From Glaucostegus cemiculus (Eukaryota): a DNA stretch of 64,000 nt. The stretch is taken from positions 4,712,001 through 4,776,000 of the forward strand of contig CDPCPM010000092.1 in NCBI GenBank assembly GCA_976551045.1. The letters run 5' to 3'. Below the pieces are notes generated by a model. That model had not been told where the DNA came from and ran no database searches. It was given only the letters and a program-made list of their open reading frames with translations. Both the position numbers and the translations under genes were made by a program. Shown here piece after piece: positions 38,826-51,819 of the stretch (the stretch's first letter is position 1; each line of letters begins with the position of its first letter).

Positions 38826-40109
38826 GTCCTACTCCCAGATTAATTGCAACAAATCAAGATAAAAGGTACCTACCAGACCTTACCTTAATATCTTAGCGAA
38901 GTCCCTGTGTGCCAAAGCCCGGCCACTCTGCTTCCCCCTCACTCTGCTACCCGCTCTAGAGGCTGCTTGCCTTAAGCCGCCATCAGACATGATGTTATAG
39001 GAAGGATGTGATACATTGGAGAGCATGCAGAGGAGGTTCACCAAGACATTACCTGGGATGGAGCATTTTAGTTATGTGGAGAGACTGGATAGGCTTAGTT
39101 GTTTTTCTTAGAGTAGAGGAGGCTGTGCTGAGACCTGATAGAGGTACACAAGATATGATGGAAAATAGGAAACTTTTCTCCATTGCAGAGGAGTGTAAAA
39201 CCAGAGAGCACAAGTTTGAGTAGGAAGTTTAGAGAGGATCTTGGAAAACTTCTATCACCCAGATGTTTGGAATCTGGAACACACTGCCTGTTGGGGTGGT
39301 TCTAGCAGAGATTCTCACAAATTTAATAAGAATCTAGACATCCAAATCACTAAGAAAACTATGGACCTAGTATTGGAAAATGGGATTAGTAAAGATGGAT
39401 ACACAATAGACAGCATGGACTCAGTGGGCCAAAGGGCATGTATCCATGTTATATAGCTCTTTGACTCTGACTTCATGACCCAGTGCTCAAAACAGTGTAA
39501 ATAAAGTTCCCATCCTTAAATCTGATTGGGTCATGTGATAGGAAGACAATCTAAAAATAAACCTCAACCTGACAAGACAGATTAATTGGCTTCACTTCCT
39601 ATAATCATTGAGCATTAGGAATCAAGTACCCCCATGCACAAGTCACCAGAACATGCACTTTTTATTCCCCCTACATTAGTTTTAATGGGCAAAAAATCCT
39701 GCATATTCTACATTCCCAATGTGCACTGTGAATTTCAATGTGCAAAACCTCTCTTGCAAGCAAGTACAAGTACTGAAATGATTTCAAGCATCAATATGAT
39801 TAAACTGATTTACTCCTTTAAGCAAGACAAAGATGTATGTGTACTGGGTGAAAATGCAATAAGAATTACATCAAAAAAAATATTGGGCAAGTGACAATAT
39901 AATGAAAGGAAGTAAATTATAAACTATACTCTACTCCCCAGTAAACTTGCTTCCTGTTAACAGAATCACAAAAAACACTTTGTGCAGCACAAGCTTACCC
40001 TTTCACCTTTGTAAGACTTTGCACATATTATGATGTTTTCTCTACCCTCTCATTGTAACCACTGAAGACAAAGCAGAGCTATTATTACCATTTTTGAATA
40101 AATAATTTA

Positions 40110-43100
40110 AACAAAATAAAAATTGCTGATGACACAAGTCCAGGTGGGAAAGTTGTGAAAAGGACATCAGGTCACTACAAAGGGATATAGATGGATCACA
40201 AGACAAGGGAGCAGAAGTAGGCCACTCGGCCCATCGAGTCTGCTCCAAAGGGAAGGGGTGTGGGTGAAAAGGGAAAAAAAAATTATTCTAACCCCAAATT
40301 CCAGCCTTATCTGCATATCCCTTGATACCTTGACCAATTAGATATCTATCTCCTTCTTGATTATCTCCAATGATCTGGCCTCCACTGCTTTCTGTGGCAG
40401 AGGATTCCATAAATTCACTACCCTCTGGTTAAAGAAATTTCTCATCTGTTTTAAACATGCATCCTCTAATTCTAAGGTTGTGCCCTCTGGTCCTGGACTC
40501 CCCCACCAAGGGAAACAGCTTGGCAACATATATACTCTGTCCAGTCCTTTCAACATTTTGTACATTTCTATCAGGTCCCCTCTCATTCTTCAGTACTCCA
40601 GTAAGTACAGTCCAAGTGCTGACAGAGGTTCATCATATGTAAGCCTTTTCATCCCCAGGAATCATCCTCATAAATCTCATCTGAACCCTCTCCAACATCA
40701 GTATATCCTTCCTAAGAAATGGGGCCCAAAACTGTACACAGTGCTCCAAATGAGGCCTCACCAGTGCCCCATATAGCCTCATCAACACTTCCTTGCTTTT
40801 ATATACTATACCCCTTGAAATAAATGCCAACATAACATTTGCTTTCCTTACTGCCAATCCAACCTGGTGGTTAACCTTTAGGTTATCCTGTATGAGCACC
40901 CCTAAGTCCCTTTGTACTTCTGTACTTCCAATTTTATCTCCTTCTAGATAATAGTCTGCCCATTTATTTCTGCTTCCAAATTGTACAACTGCACATTTCT
41001 CCACATTGAATCTCATCTGCCATTTCCTCACCCATTCTCCTAGACTAAGTCTCTCTGAAACTTTCCTGTCTCTTCAATACTCTCCACCAATCTTAGTGTC
41101 ATCCACAAACTTAGCCACAAACACATTTACTCCTTTGTCTAAATCATTTATGTATAGGGTAAAAAGAAGGGGCCCCAACACCGACCCCTGTGGAACACCA
41201 CTAGTAACCGGCAGCCAACCAGAACAGGAAACTTTTATTCCAACCCTCTGCTTTCTGCCATCCAGCCAATGCTCTATCCATTGTTATCCTACTTTTTATT
41301 CTGTGACCTCTCATCTTATTAATTAGTCTTTTGTGCAGCACCTTGTCGAATGCCTTCTGAAAGTCTAAATACACTACATCTATGGCCTCTCCCTTATCCA
41401 CCCTGCCTGAGATTTCTTAAAAAACTCCAATAAGTTGGTCAGGCAGGATCTTCCCTTCATGAAACCATGTTGACTTGGACCTATCTTGCCTTGCACCTCC
41501 AGATATTCCATCACCTCATCCTTGATCGATTCTAGTAACTTCCCCGCCACAGACGCAAGACTGATAGGTCTGTAATTTCCTTTATGCTGTCTCCCACCTT
41601 TCTTATACAGCAGAACTACATTTGCGACCTGCCAGTCCTCCGGAACCACACGGAGTCTATCGATTCCTGAAAAGTATCACCAATACCTCCACTATCTCTA
41701 AAGCCACTTCCTTCAGTATCCAGGGATGTATCTCATCTGGTCCTGGAGACTTATCAGTCTTTAGACCATTTAGCTTCCCCAACACCTTCTCTAGTAATCT
41801 TAACTGAACTCAGTTCCATCCCTTGAGATCCTTGACTAACTAGTATATTGTTAATGTCTTCCACCATGAAGTCTGATGCAAAATACTGATTTAGCACCTT
41901 CACCATCTCTATCATCCATTATAATCTCTCCCACACCAATATCTATTGGTCCTATATCAACCCGCGTCTCTCTTTTACTCTTTATATATTTAAAAAACTT
42001 AGTATCCTTTTGAATATTTTCTGGCAACTTTATTTCATAATTCCTCTTTTCTTTCCTAATGACCTTCTTAGTTTCTTTCTGTAGGTCTTTAAAAGTTTCA
42101 CAGTCTTCAGTTTTTCCACTTTTGCTTCTTTGTATGCCCTCCCTTTTGCTCTTATTTTAGCCTTCACCTCTCATTATCCACATTTGTGTCTTATTTCCAT
42201 TTACAACCTTTTTTCTTGGAATGTATCTATCCTGCATTTTCCTTATTTCTTGCTGAAATTCCATCCATTTCTGTTTTGCCATCCCTCCAGCTAGCTTACA
42301 CTTCCAATCAATCTGGGCCAACTCCTCTCTCATCCTACTGTAATTTCTCTTGTTCCATTGAAATATCAACACTCCAGTCATCAGCTTCTCATTCTCAGAT
42401 TTAAAACTAAACTCATTGTGATCACTAGTTCCTAATGGTTCCTTTACCCTGGTGGACTCATCAACAAGTTGTTCCAGAAAGCCATCCCGTAAACATTCCA
42501 TGAACTCACTCGCCTAAGAACTGCTGCCTTGCTGGGTTTCCCACTCCACCTTCATGTTAAAGTCACCCATAATTATCTTAACATTGTCACTCTGACATGC
42601 TTTTTCTATTTCTAGCTGCAACTTATGATCTACTTCCTGATTGCTATTAGGGGGCCTATATATAACTGCTACTACTGTCCTCTTACTCTTGCTGTTCCTT
42701 AGCTCCACCCATAAAGATTCCACCTCATCTGACCTAATGTCCTTCCTATTGATTTTATATCATTACTAACCATCATGGCCACACCACCCCCTCTACCTAC
42801 CCACCTATCTTTCCTATACACTGTGTACCCCTGGACATTGAGTTCCCAATCACATCCATCATAAAGCTACAACTCAGTGATTGCCACAATGTCATATTCA
42901 TTAATCTGCAGCTGTGCTACTAAGTCATCTACCTTATTCCTAATGCTACAGGCATTTAAATATAATACCTTTAGTTCATTATCCACTACTAATTTTGTTG
43001 TACTTCTATTGTTCAGCAAATTATCCTGATTTTTCACCTCATCCTTCTTTCCATCCTGACTGCTCACTATCATGGACTTGTTTCTATATGCCTCAACCTC

Positions 43101-44735
43101 TATTCTAACATCCCGTGTCCTAGCATCCTCATTTACTGTACTACTATCATTCAGCATATTATCCTGACTATTCACCTGCCTGTCCTTCGTGCCATCCTCA
43201 TTGCACACCATCTTGGACCCATTTCTTTCAATCTCCTGCCTTACCCAATCACCTTTTACCCTAATATCCAGGTTCCCATCCCCCTGCCAGATTAGTTTAA
43301 ACCTTCCCCAACAGCCAAGTTAAACATTCCTGTGAGGACTTTGGACCCTCGAGTTTAGGTGTAACCCATCCTTGCTAAATAGGTCATGCCTCCCCCAAAA
43401 AAGGTCCCAATGGTCCAAGAATCTGAAGCCCTGCCCCCTGCACCAGTCACTCAGCCACACATTCATTTGCCAGATCTTTCTATTCCTACTACTGTTCATG
43501 CATGGCACAGGTAGCAATCCTGAGATTACCACCTTAGAGGTCCTTCTTCTCAACTTCCTTCCTAACTCTGTATTCCTCCTTCAGGACCCCTTCTCTTTTC
43601 CTGCCTACATCATTGGTACCTACATGTACCAAGACTTCTGGCTGATCGTTCTCTCCCCTCAAATATTCTAGAACTGATCCGTGACATCCCGTACCCTGGC
43701 ACCAGGGAGGCAACACACCATCCTGGATACATTGTCAGTCTCACAGAATTTACTATCTGTTCCCCTCACTATCAAATCTCCTATAACCACTTCATTGCTC
43801 TTACCCTTCTTGACCACAGTACCAAGTGCAGTGCTAATGTCCCAGTTGCTGTGATCTTCTGTTGGGTCATCCTCTCCAACAGAATCTAAGATGAGGTACT
43901 GATTTTCAAGGGGGACTGCTCCAGGAGAGCTTTCTGCAAACTCTAACTCCCATCTCTTGCTCGCTCTCTAATCAGCTGAAAGTCATAGAGCTGAAGCTCC
44001 AGACTCTCAACGCATTCCTTAAGGAGCCGCAACTCAGTGCACTTTGCGCAAATGTAGTTATTGGGGAGTCTGGTAGTCTCCCAGGATCCCCACATCTGAC
44101 ACTCTAAACACAAGACTGTCCCAGATGCATGCTGTACTGTCTAATGCTATTGAGATAGCTAAACTTATAACTTAAAGTTACTCCATCTCTAATCAACTCG
44201 CCTCTCACCCGTTCCCACCTAAGCCCGTTGAGCCAAAGCCTAAACCACTCTGCTGCCTGCTCCAACGCTGTCCGCTGGATAGAGTGGCTTTCCTCAATGA
44301 CATCACATGCCTGTGCACTGCACTCACCGACTACCTGAATGCTAGAGAGAAAAACTCACAGCTCGTTAGTTTCTGTCAGTCTCTGAAGTCTCCTGACTGG
44401 ACAAAGATCTGGCAAATTGGGAAAACGCTGGCAGGAAAAATTAAAAAACTTAATATCTAAATGGCAAAAGATTACTAAACTGAGGTGCAAAGGTATCTGG
44501 GTATCCTTGTGCATAGTTTAGTATGTGGGCACTGAATTAAGAAAGCCAACAGAATTTTTATTAGGGGAACTGAATGCAAAAGCTTATGTTTCAGTTATGT
44601 AAAGCATTAGTGAGACAACCTATGGAATACTGTGTAGAGTATTGATCTTATTTTGATGTTAATATTTTAGAAACAATTCAAAGAATGTTTGCTAGATGAA
44701 GTGGGTTGACTTTTGTCAAAGGGTTGGGCAGGCTA
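40110..44735 (+). mobile_element. Older CR1 (40110-40195 plus 44394-44735) split by a younger CR1
   Basis: ADDT..LQRDID before the insert, DW.K.WQ..EVQR.LG.LVH after it. Confidence 0.7.
40196..44393 (-). mobile_element. Second near-full-length CR1 LINE, different subfamily, disabled
   Basis: ORF1 CLECQMW..YICAKC, VVIGD, VHVGTND, DGLHLN. ORF2 [54 protein letters not shown]. 3' UTR at 40196-40290. Confidence 0.93.
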
Positions 44736-44739
44736 GCCC

Positions 44740-45130
44740 AATCCTTCTACAAACACTTTGCAGAAAGTAGTCTGGGAGGCCTCAGTGATGATATGAGGGC
44801 AATCTCTGAATTCCTGCACTTGGTGAAGCCTGCAATTCAGGCAAGTATCTATGCCCAATCCATTTGTGGTAGAGTAGATTAAATCCTCTTTCCTTGAATA
44901 TGGAGTCCAGGTGACCTGCCTAGAGCAGCAAACAGTGGTAAAATCCAACAGGACTAAATTTGATAGTTACTGTGACCCAGGTCCCATGCCCAGATATACC
45001 TGTTTGAGGTCACAGGAGGTTGGAGAACTCAAAAGAATGATTGTTGGCCCTTTAGGTTGCTCAGCTACAGGAGAAATGGTGTTGGTAAAATGTGGTCATT
45101 TGGTAACAAATAAGTCATCTTTCAGACCAA
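44740..45130 (-). mobile_element. PIF/Harbinger transposase relic
   Basis: CCSRQVT...IAGF/HQVQEFRDCPHII...VFV resembles HARBI1-type IRQVT...IAGFPQVQG.IDCTH...FVNRKG. Confidence 0.5.
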
Positions 45131-46235
45131 TGAGATTAAAAATCTATGCTCCTTGTTAGATTTAGCTCAGTTTTGCTCTATGATCCCATGGCTGATTAAA
45201 ATTCTAGAGTCATTTTGACTTTTAAAAAACTTTTACATTCATTCTTACAATACTGAATACTTACAATCTGTTAGTGTTAATAGCATCCAGCATCGCTGTG
45301 ACAGTAATGTTAGAAAATATAAACTTATTCCAACACCTAATTGAAGTGGAAGAACACTCCATAGGCAAATATAGGAACCAGATCAACAAGAAGGAATCTT
45401 AATATTGAGTAGTAAGTGGATAGATGCAAGCAGGGGTTAAACTTGACCAAAATGTCAGCAAGTCCAAAAGTGATTCCTTCAGATTTAAACTCAGGTTCTT
45501 TTGACTTTGTGCATAACTTGCAATAGGCAGATGAATTAATGATTATAGTACTTCAAGCAGTGAATTGCAGTGAAATTTCAGTTGACATTTTGTTAATGGG
45601 AACAAGCATGATGTAACAGGCTTGCTGAAACTCACTATTCAAATCCGAGGTGAGAAAATATCAGCAATTCACACAGCTTAGAGGTCAGGCAAACACATCA
45701 GTTGTCTATTCTCACAGCTACATTCAGTGTCAGATTTATATAGCATGAAAACAGACCATTCAGCCCATAACATCCATGCTGAATAGTGGGGACCCAAGCA
45801 TATTAATCCCATCTTTCCCACAAGCAGCCAGGATCACAAATAGACTGTGTCCCCTTCCATTTCCACCAACAAGCTCTCATTCCACACACACGTATGTACT
45901 CACATCAATACAGAAACAGTTTGATAGTTAGCTACATAAGTTAAACTTCATCTTGAACTGTATAAGCACTTATTAATACATAAATGCACTTTAACAGACA
46001 TGAATATGTGGTATTGTTATGTTTTTAGTTTTGTTTTAGATGTTTTTAGACTATTTTAGATATTTATCACTGTTCTTTTGTTGCACTGATATAAGCTGGT
46101 GAGAAACAGTATTCCTTTTTTGTGTATGTAAATACTCAAAGAAATGACAATAAAGTAAATCTAATTTCATCCATTTTCCATCACTTGGTCTATAGGCATC
46201 TGTGCCTGGGGAATTCAAGTACTTGTTATTCTTAC

Positions 46236-46349
46236 CTCCAATTAGGAGAGAGCTGATGGGATGTAATGGCAAGAGGTTTCTCTGTATTTTGGAAATACTA
46301 AGACGCAACAAGGTAGATGGCAGTATGGCGGCCATAGAATAAACAGCCG
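46236..46349 (-). CDS. Weak candidate 114-nt symmetric exon
   Basis: TTGTTCCTCAG acceptor, GAG|GTAAG donor, open frame AVYSMAAILPSTLLRLSISKIQRNLLPLHPISSLLIG. Product not recognised. Confidence 0.2.
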
Positions 46350-46507
46350 CTGAGGAACAAGTTGATCAACAGTAAAGAGCCTATTGTGAAGATCTATATA
46401 GATTGTGAACAAAAGAAAGTAGCAGAGAGGGATTAAGCTCACAGTAAGCACTAGTTGAGTAATGGGATGAATAGGCAGGTCAGTTTCCCCTGAAGAACAA
46501 GACTATA

Positions 46508-46815
46508 CTGACCATGCCCAGGTTAAGAATGCCTGATTTATGGACATCCCTACATACAAATGAGCTCCTATAATATTAAAGTCAAAATTCGAACATACAT
46601 TTATTCATACAAATGGCAGAAGTAGTTTTCTCCCTCGCTCCTCTCCCTACTTTGAGGAATTGTTCTTTCTTATCATTCTTACTGTATGTGCTTTTGATCC
46701 CATTCATTACTATACCATGGATGTACAAGTGATTTTTGTGCATCTTCCAACATGAACAAAATCAGCTTTGACATCTGTTAAACCAGAACCCATTCATTTT
46801 CCCAGGAATGGCCAG
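46508..46815. mobile_element. Tigger/pogo-like MITE
   Basis: Imperfect TIRs CTGACCATGCCCAGGTTAAGAATG / CTGGCCATTCCTGGGAAAATGAATG, flanked by TA on both sides. Confidence 0.7.
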
Positions 46816-47090
46816 TAGCATGTTACTAGAAAAAATCTGGATGAGCTCCTACATGAAACATGGTAAGTTAACTTACAGATAAAGCAAGAAATTAGAAACA
46901 CAGATGGAATGGTGGACTTTACTGCAAGGAGTATGAAGTTAATAGCAAGAATGTGGTGTTACAACAGTGCAAGATATTGGTGAAATCATACATGGAGTAA
47001 TGTATGGAGTTTTAGTCTCTCTTTTTAGAAAAAGGAATATACTTACATTGGAGACAGTTCAGAGAAGTTTCACTAGGTTAACTCCTGACA

Positions 47091-47822
47091 TTACGGCCCT
47101 CACGAAGAAGGCTCAGAAACGCCGCTACTTCCTGCGGAGACTGAGGAAAGCGTACCCCCAATCCCTCAGTCATGAAAGGCCATTGGGACCATTGAGAGCA
47201 TCCTAACGCAATGTATCACTGTTTGGTTTGGAACCTGCTCAGCTGCTGGGCAGAAGTCCCTCCAGTAGATAGTTAGGCCTGCGGAGTGGATCATAGGTGT
47301 CTCGCTTCCATCCCTCACAGACATATACAAAGACCGTTGTGTGAGGAAGACCAAAAGCATAATGGCCGACCCTTCTCACCCCTCCCACCACCTCTTCACA
47401 ATTTTGCCATCAGGGAGGAGGCTTAAATGTATCAGGGCAAGAACGACCAGGCTGAACAATAGCTTCTTTCCGCAAGCCATCAGAACTGCAAACTCTCTCA
47501 TCCCTCCATCTTCCTTTGTTAACACTAAGAGATGCTAGGTGCACAGAAATTCACCAGCACTTTAAATGCCCGACACCAGCCCGTTCACTTTAATAACTAT
47601 TTATTTACTGGCCATTTTTAAATTAATCTGTGTAATAATTTAATTTCAACCTCCATAGCTTCTAATGTGTAATGTTTTGTACTGTGTATTCTGCCAAGTG
47701 TGTATGTGTGTCTCTGTTGGTTGTTATGTTATTTTTATGGGACGAGCACCTGAGGAGGACGGTATCTCGCTCCTATGCATACTATGTATGTATATGGTTG
47801 TGACAATAAAACTGATTCTGAA
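47091..47822 (+). mobile_element. 5'-truncated Rex1/Babar LINE (second family) inside an old CR1 fragment (46835-47890)
   Basis: KKAQKRRYFLRRLRK, TIESILT.CITVWFG, DPSHPSH.LF..LPSGRR..IRARTTRL.NSFFPQAI, aataaaactgattctga tail. Confidence 0.88.
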
Positions 47823-48854
47823 ACAAAATGACCCTCTTATAAGGGCTGAACAGACTGGGCCTACGTTTGATGGAGTTTAGAAAGGAAACACTAATCTAAG
47901 AGATAAGATGTGCCGTTTAACATCAGGAACTGGCTCTTTCCCAGTACCTAAAATGCAGCTGAGAATTTTTCCTATCCTGGCATAATAAGTGTTTTCTTTT
48001 GATTTCCCTGGAGTCAGTGTAGCTTTTGTAGCTATGAAGTTGTAATAATTTCACTTAGTCCATGAGCTCACAGCAAATCAATCCCCTTCAATGATTTTAT
48101 GAAGAGAGGGAATGCACTGCTGTTTTTAAATGTGCACAGGATCCATTAGTTTAGTGGCTGTGCAATAAAGGAAAGAAGCACCAAGTAAATTTACAAGAAT
48201 TAGCTCTGTATTTTGTCTTTCAAAATCTTGCATAACAAGAGCAATCATTTTCCAATGAGATGCAACCTGCGTCTTCTACATTTGAAGCTCAAAGATTCCA
48301 ATGGCCTTTCAGACAATTGCCTGTGACCCCTCTAAAAACAACAGAAGAGAGATTCAGATTTGTCACTGCTAACTGAAACAAATTGTATGTGGAACAGACA
48401 GGAATGTGAATTACATTTCTTTCTACCTGTTGAAGGAATCTTCTGAAATTTTAGCAAATCATTTCTAATACTTCCCTTAAAAATGCAGTTTAATTGCAGT
48501 TCCAAATGTTCTTTTAGTCAAATTTGTTGACAACAATGATTAAAGTTCTTATTTAAATATTTGGACTGTTAAATTCAGTACTGTGCTGTACATTTCCTGA
48601 GTTCCAAATCGAAGTCTATTGTGTGAACATACATTTGTGGCACAGTCATGCAAATGCTATATTGATGATGTCATTTACCTGTGTGCCATCAATACACATG
48701 TTTAGCTCACTAGCTAATCAAATAATTCACATGATCACAGGAAACACCAGGATAATGAACAGTCACAAGAAAGGGTGACAGATTGGCAGGGGGGTGGGTG
48801 CAGAGGGGGAGCTGGTATGAAGCTGGTCTACATTAACTGACCAACAAAGATAAC

Positions 48855-49385
48855 AGCAAGAAAAAGAAATGCAGAAGATGCTGGAAGTACTCAGCAGGTA
48901 TCTGTAGAGAGGAACAGAATTAATGCTTAAGGTAAATAATCTTCCACCAGAACTAGGAAAAAGTTTAGAAAACAGGCATGTTTTATGTGGTAGAAAATGG
49001 GAAAAGGTGGCGAGAACAAAAGTGAAAATCTGCGAGAGGGTGAAGTACAATGAGAGACTGAATGATGCAAATAGTGGTGGTGCTAGCTGAGAGTGGGTGG
49101 CAACAGCTTCTAAATCACATTTCATCTGTCTGAGAGATGTGTAAATTAAACTGAAAGAACAGAGGAGAGAGAAGAAAAATCAACAGAAAAGAGATACAGA
49201 ACACCATAGTTGCTGGAAATCAGAAATAAGAGAATACAGGAAATGCCCAGATCAGGCAGCATCTTGGAGAGAAAAAATGATTTACTGTTGCAAGATGACC
49301 TTTCAACAAAGCTGACCAGTTCTGATACAGACTAGAAAGCTTGTTTATCCAAACTAGTTGAATTCAATGTTGAGCCCAGAGGACT
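48855..49385 (-). mobile_element. Penelope-like terminal repeats (tandem, decayed)
   Basis: gatgctggaa.tactcagcagg and gttgctggaaatc..tcaggcagcatc termini with eroded hammerheads. Confidence 0.6.
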
Positions 49386-49537
49386 GACTAGGAACACAAT
49401 TGGACCAGCTGTAGCAATACTACAGCTGCAAAACAAAGTCAGCAGTTGGGCATCCTCCAGCATGTAGACTCATCTCTTGGCTCTCCAAAGCCCTTCCACC
49501 ACCTACAAAGCACAAGTCAGGTGCGCTGATAGAATAC

Positions 49538-50814
49538 AGAGACGCAAGAGATCACAGTTGATGGAACCTGGAGCAAAGAATAAACTGCAGGAAAAAGTGG
49601 GTCAATAAGCATTTGCAGAGATAAAGGGACGGTCAACATTTTGGGTTGAGATATTGTATCACGACCGAGCATAGAGGGAAGATAGGAGAGAGAGTCTGGT
49701 AGGTGATAGGTAGAACCAGATAAACGGAGGGATGATGGGCAGATAGAACTAAGTGGGGTGGTGGGAGGGGCCAGGAAAGGGAACCAAAGGGAAAAGAAAC
49801 CCAATTGCATAGTTATGTGGATGATGGGGCTATGGGACCAAATGGAGGTGTGTAACAAGTGGGGAGGCATGAGAAAAAGTGAACCTGGGTGGACTAATGG
49901 GAGTGGGTAAAGGAACACAGGGGGATGTGGCTCACCTAAAATTGGAAGATTCATTGTTCATACCATGGGGCTGTATGCTACCCAAGGTGAATATCAGGTG
50001 TCGTTCTTCTAGTTTGCATTTGGTGTCACCATAGCAGTGGAGAAAAATCAAGGACAGACATGGGAAGAGGAATTGAAAAGATATGCACTGGAAGCTCAAG
50101 ATGGTTGTTGTAGACAGAGTGCAAGAGTTCTGCAAAATGGTTGCCTAGTCTGTGCTTTGTCTTGCCAACATAGAGGAGTCCACATCACAGGCACCAAATG
50201 CAATAGACAAGGTTGGAGAAGGTGCATGTGAATCTTTCCCTCATGTGGAAGGGCTGTTTAGGTCCCTGGATGGTGTTGAGGGAGGAGGTGGAAGGGACAA
50301 GTGTTGCACCTCCTACAATTGCAGGGGAAAGTGCCAGTGACAGGGAGAGGAGTGTGGGGCAGGATGAGCAGACCAGAGAGTCACAGAGAAAATGATCCCC
50401 GCAATAAGAAGATGGTGGAAAATGGCATAGGATGATATGCTGGACAGGGAGGCTAGTGCGGTGAAAGGCAAGGACTAAGAGAACTCTATGGCTGTTCTGT
50501 CTGGGGAGATGAGGGTGTGAGGGGAATGGGTGAAAGCAGATGAGCAGGAAATACATACAAGAGATCCATCAACTATGGCAGAGGAGAACCAGTTTACAGG
50601 AAGGAGGCCATTTCAGAAATCCTGGAGCATCTAGAGAACAGATGTGCCAGAGACAAAGAAACTGAGGGAAAGGAATGACATCCTTATGAGAGATAGGGTA
50701 GGAAGAGGTATAGTTGAAATCATTGTGGATTTATAGTAGAGATTGGTGACTAGTCTGTCTTCTCAGATGGAGACAGAGATCCAAAAAAGGAAGACAAGTG
50801 TTGGAGATGGTGGA
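49538..50814 (-). mobile_element. 5'-truncated Penelope-like element with 11-bp TSD
   Basis: LVLAFH.TSL, IQGPKQPFHMRERFTCTFSNLVYCIWC, KLEERHLIFTLG. Flanks TGATAGAATAC (49527-49537) and TGACAGAATAC (50815-50825). Confidence 0.85.
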
Positions 50815-51003
50815 TGACAGAATACTCTCCACTTACCTGGAGGTGTTCAGTTTTCAACAAGCTTAACATTATGTTTCTGAACCTATATTTGCACACCCTG
50901 GTTTTCCAAGTTGGAACACTGATCATCTGAAATGGTTAAATTCAGCATCAAGTCCCAAGGTCTGTAATGTACTTCATCTGAAAAGATCAGGTATTGGTCC
51001 TTG

Positions 51004-51400
51004 GGTCACAATGTTGATTGAAGAGCAAGCTCACAGAGAACCCAAATGCAGCACACTGGAACGAGACTGGAGTCAGGATACTTCCTCAGGACCAAACACA
51101 GGCAGCAACTGGAAGGAATCTTGCCTCAGAGATCTGAGTAGTAATCCCAACACAAACTGAATCTCCAAGCAAGAATAGAGAACACAGGACTGCTCTGGAG
51201 TAGACTACTCTAAGCAGCTAGGAACCAAAGATTGACCAATCCTCTGGCAACTAGTATTAGAGAAACCCAAGTACTTATGCTAGGCCCCTGATGGGGCTGA
51301 GGTGTGTGTCATTATGCAATCAGTCCAGCATGGAATCCATGTGCTGTACAACGAGGCATCTAAGGAACCAAATCAAGGGCCAGTACTCAGAATCATGACA
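51004..51400. mobile_element. Solo LTR, copy 2, with 5-bp TSD CCTTG
   Basis: ccttg|GGTCACAATG...ATCATGACA|ccttg. Confidence 0.85.
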
Positions 51401-51819
51401 CCTTGAGCTTTCCTTGGATATCATTGGGAGAGTGTAAGAGACCAAAAGACAGAAGTCAAAGTGGAAGTGTGATAGAAAATTAAAATGGTGGCAAATGGTG
51501 GCAACTAGAAGGCAAGGGTAAACCTTGTGAACTGAACATTGGTGTTCCATAAAGCAGACACCAAATCTACATTTAGTTTCCCAATGTAGAGACTAGTCTT
51601 AGCACCAAATGCAGTACATTGAAGTAGAAGTGATACAAATGAACAAGGAATGTTTCATGGTGAAAAGGAAAGATGTAAAATGGCAGCAGTTGCATCTCCT
51701 GTGGTTGCATGGGGAGGTCCCATGAGAACAGGAGTGGGTGTTGGAGGAGATGGAAGAGCAAAGCAGGGAGTCCTGGAGGGAACAGTGTGCCTGGTGGCAG
51801 CACTTTGTGGTGGATATTA

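Larger units (their letters stand above)
34928..38983 (-). mobile_element. Near-full-length CR1 LINE, disabled, with candidate 6-bp TSD CAGACA
   Basis: 5' UTR, ORF1, ORF2 and 3' UTR are collinear. cagaca occurs at 34922-34927 and 38984-38989. Confidence 0.95.
34420..39470 (+). mobile_element. Older CR1 (34420-34927 plus 38984-39470) split by a younger full-length CR1
   Basis: LEYSVQF stops at 34927 and YRKDVI.LE.MQRRFT resumes after 38990. Confidence 0.8.

Noticed and set aside
26513-51400. The two LTRs as ends of one 25-kb provirus
   Set aside because: Copy 2 has its own TSD, the outer flanks do not match, and no gag-pol lies between them.
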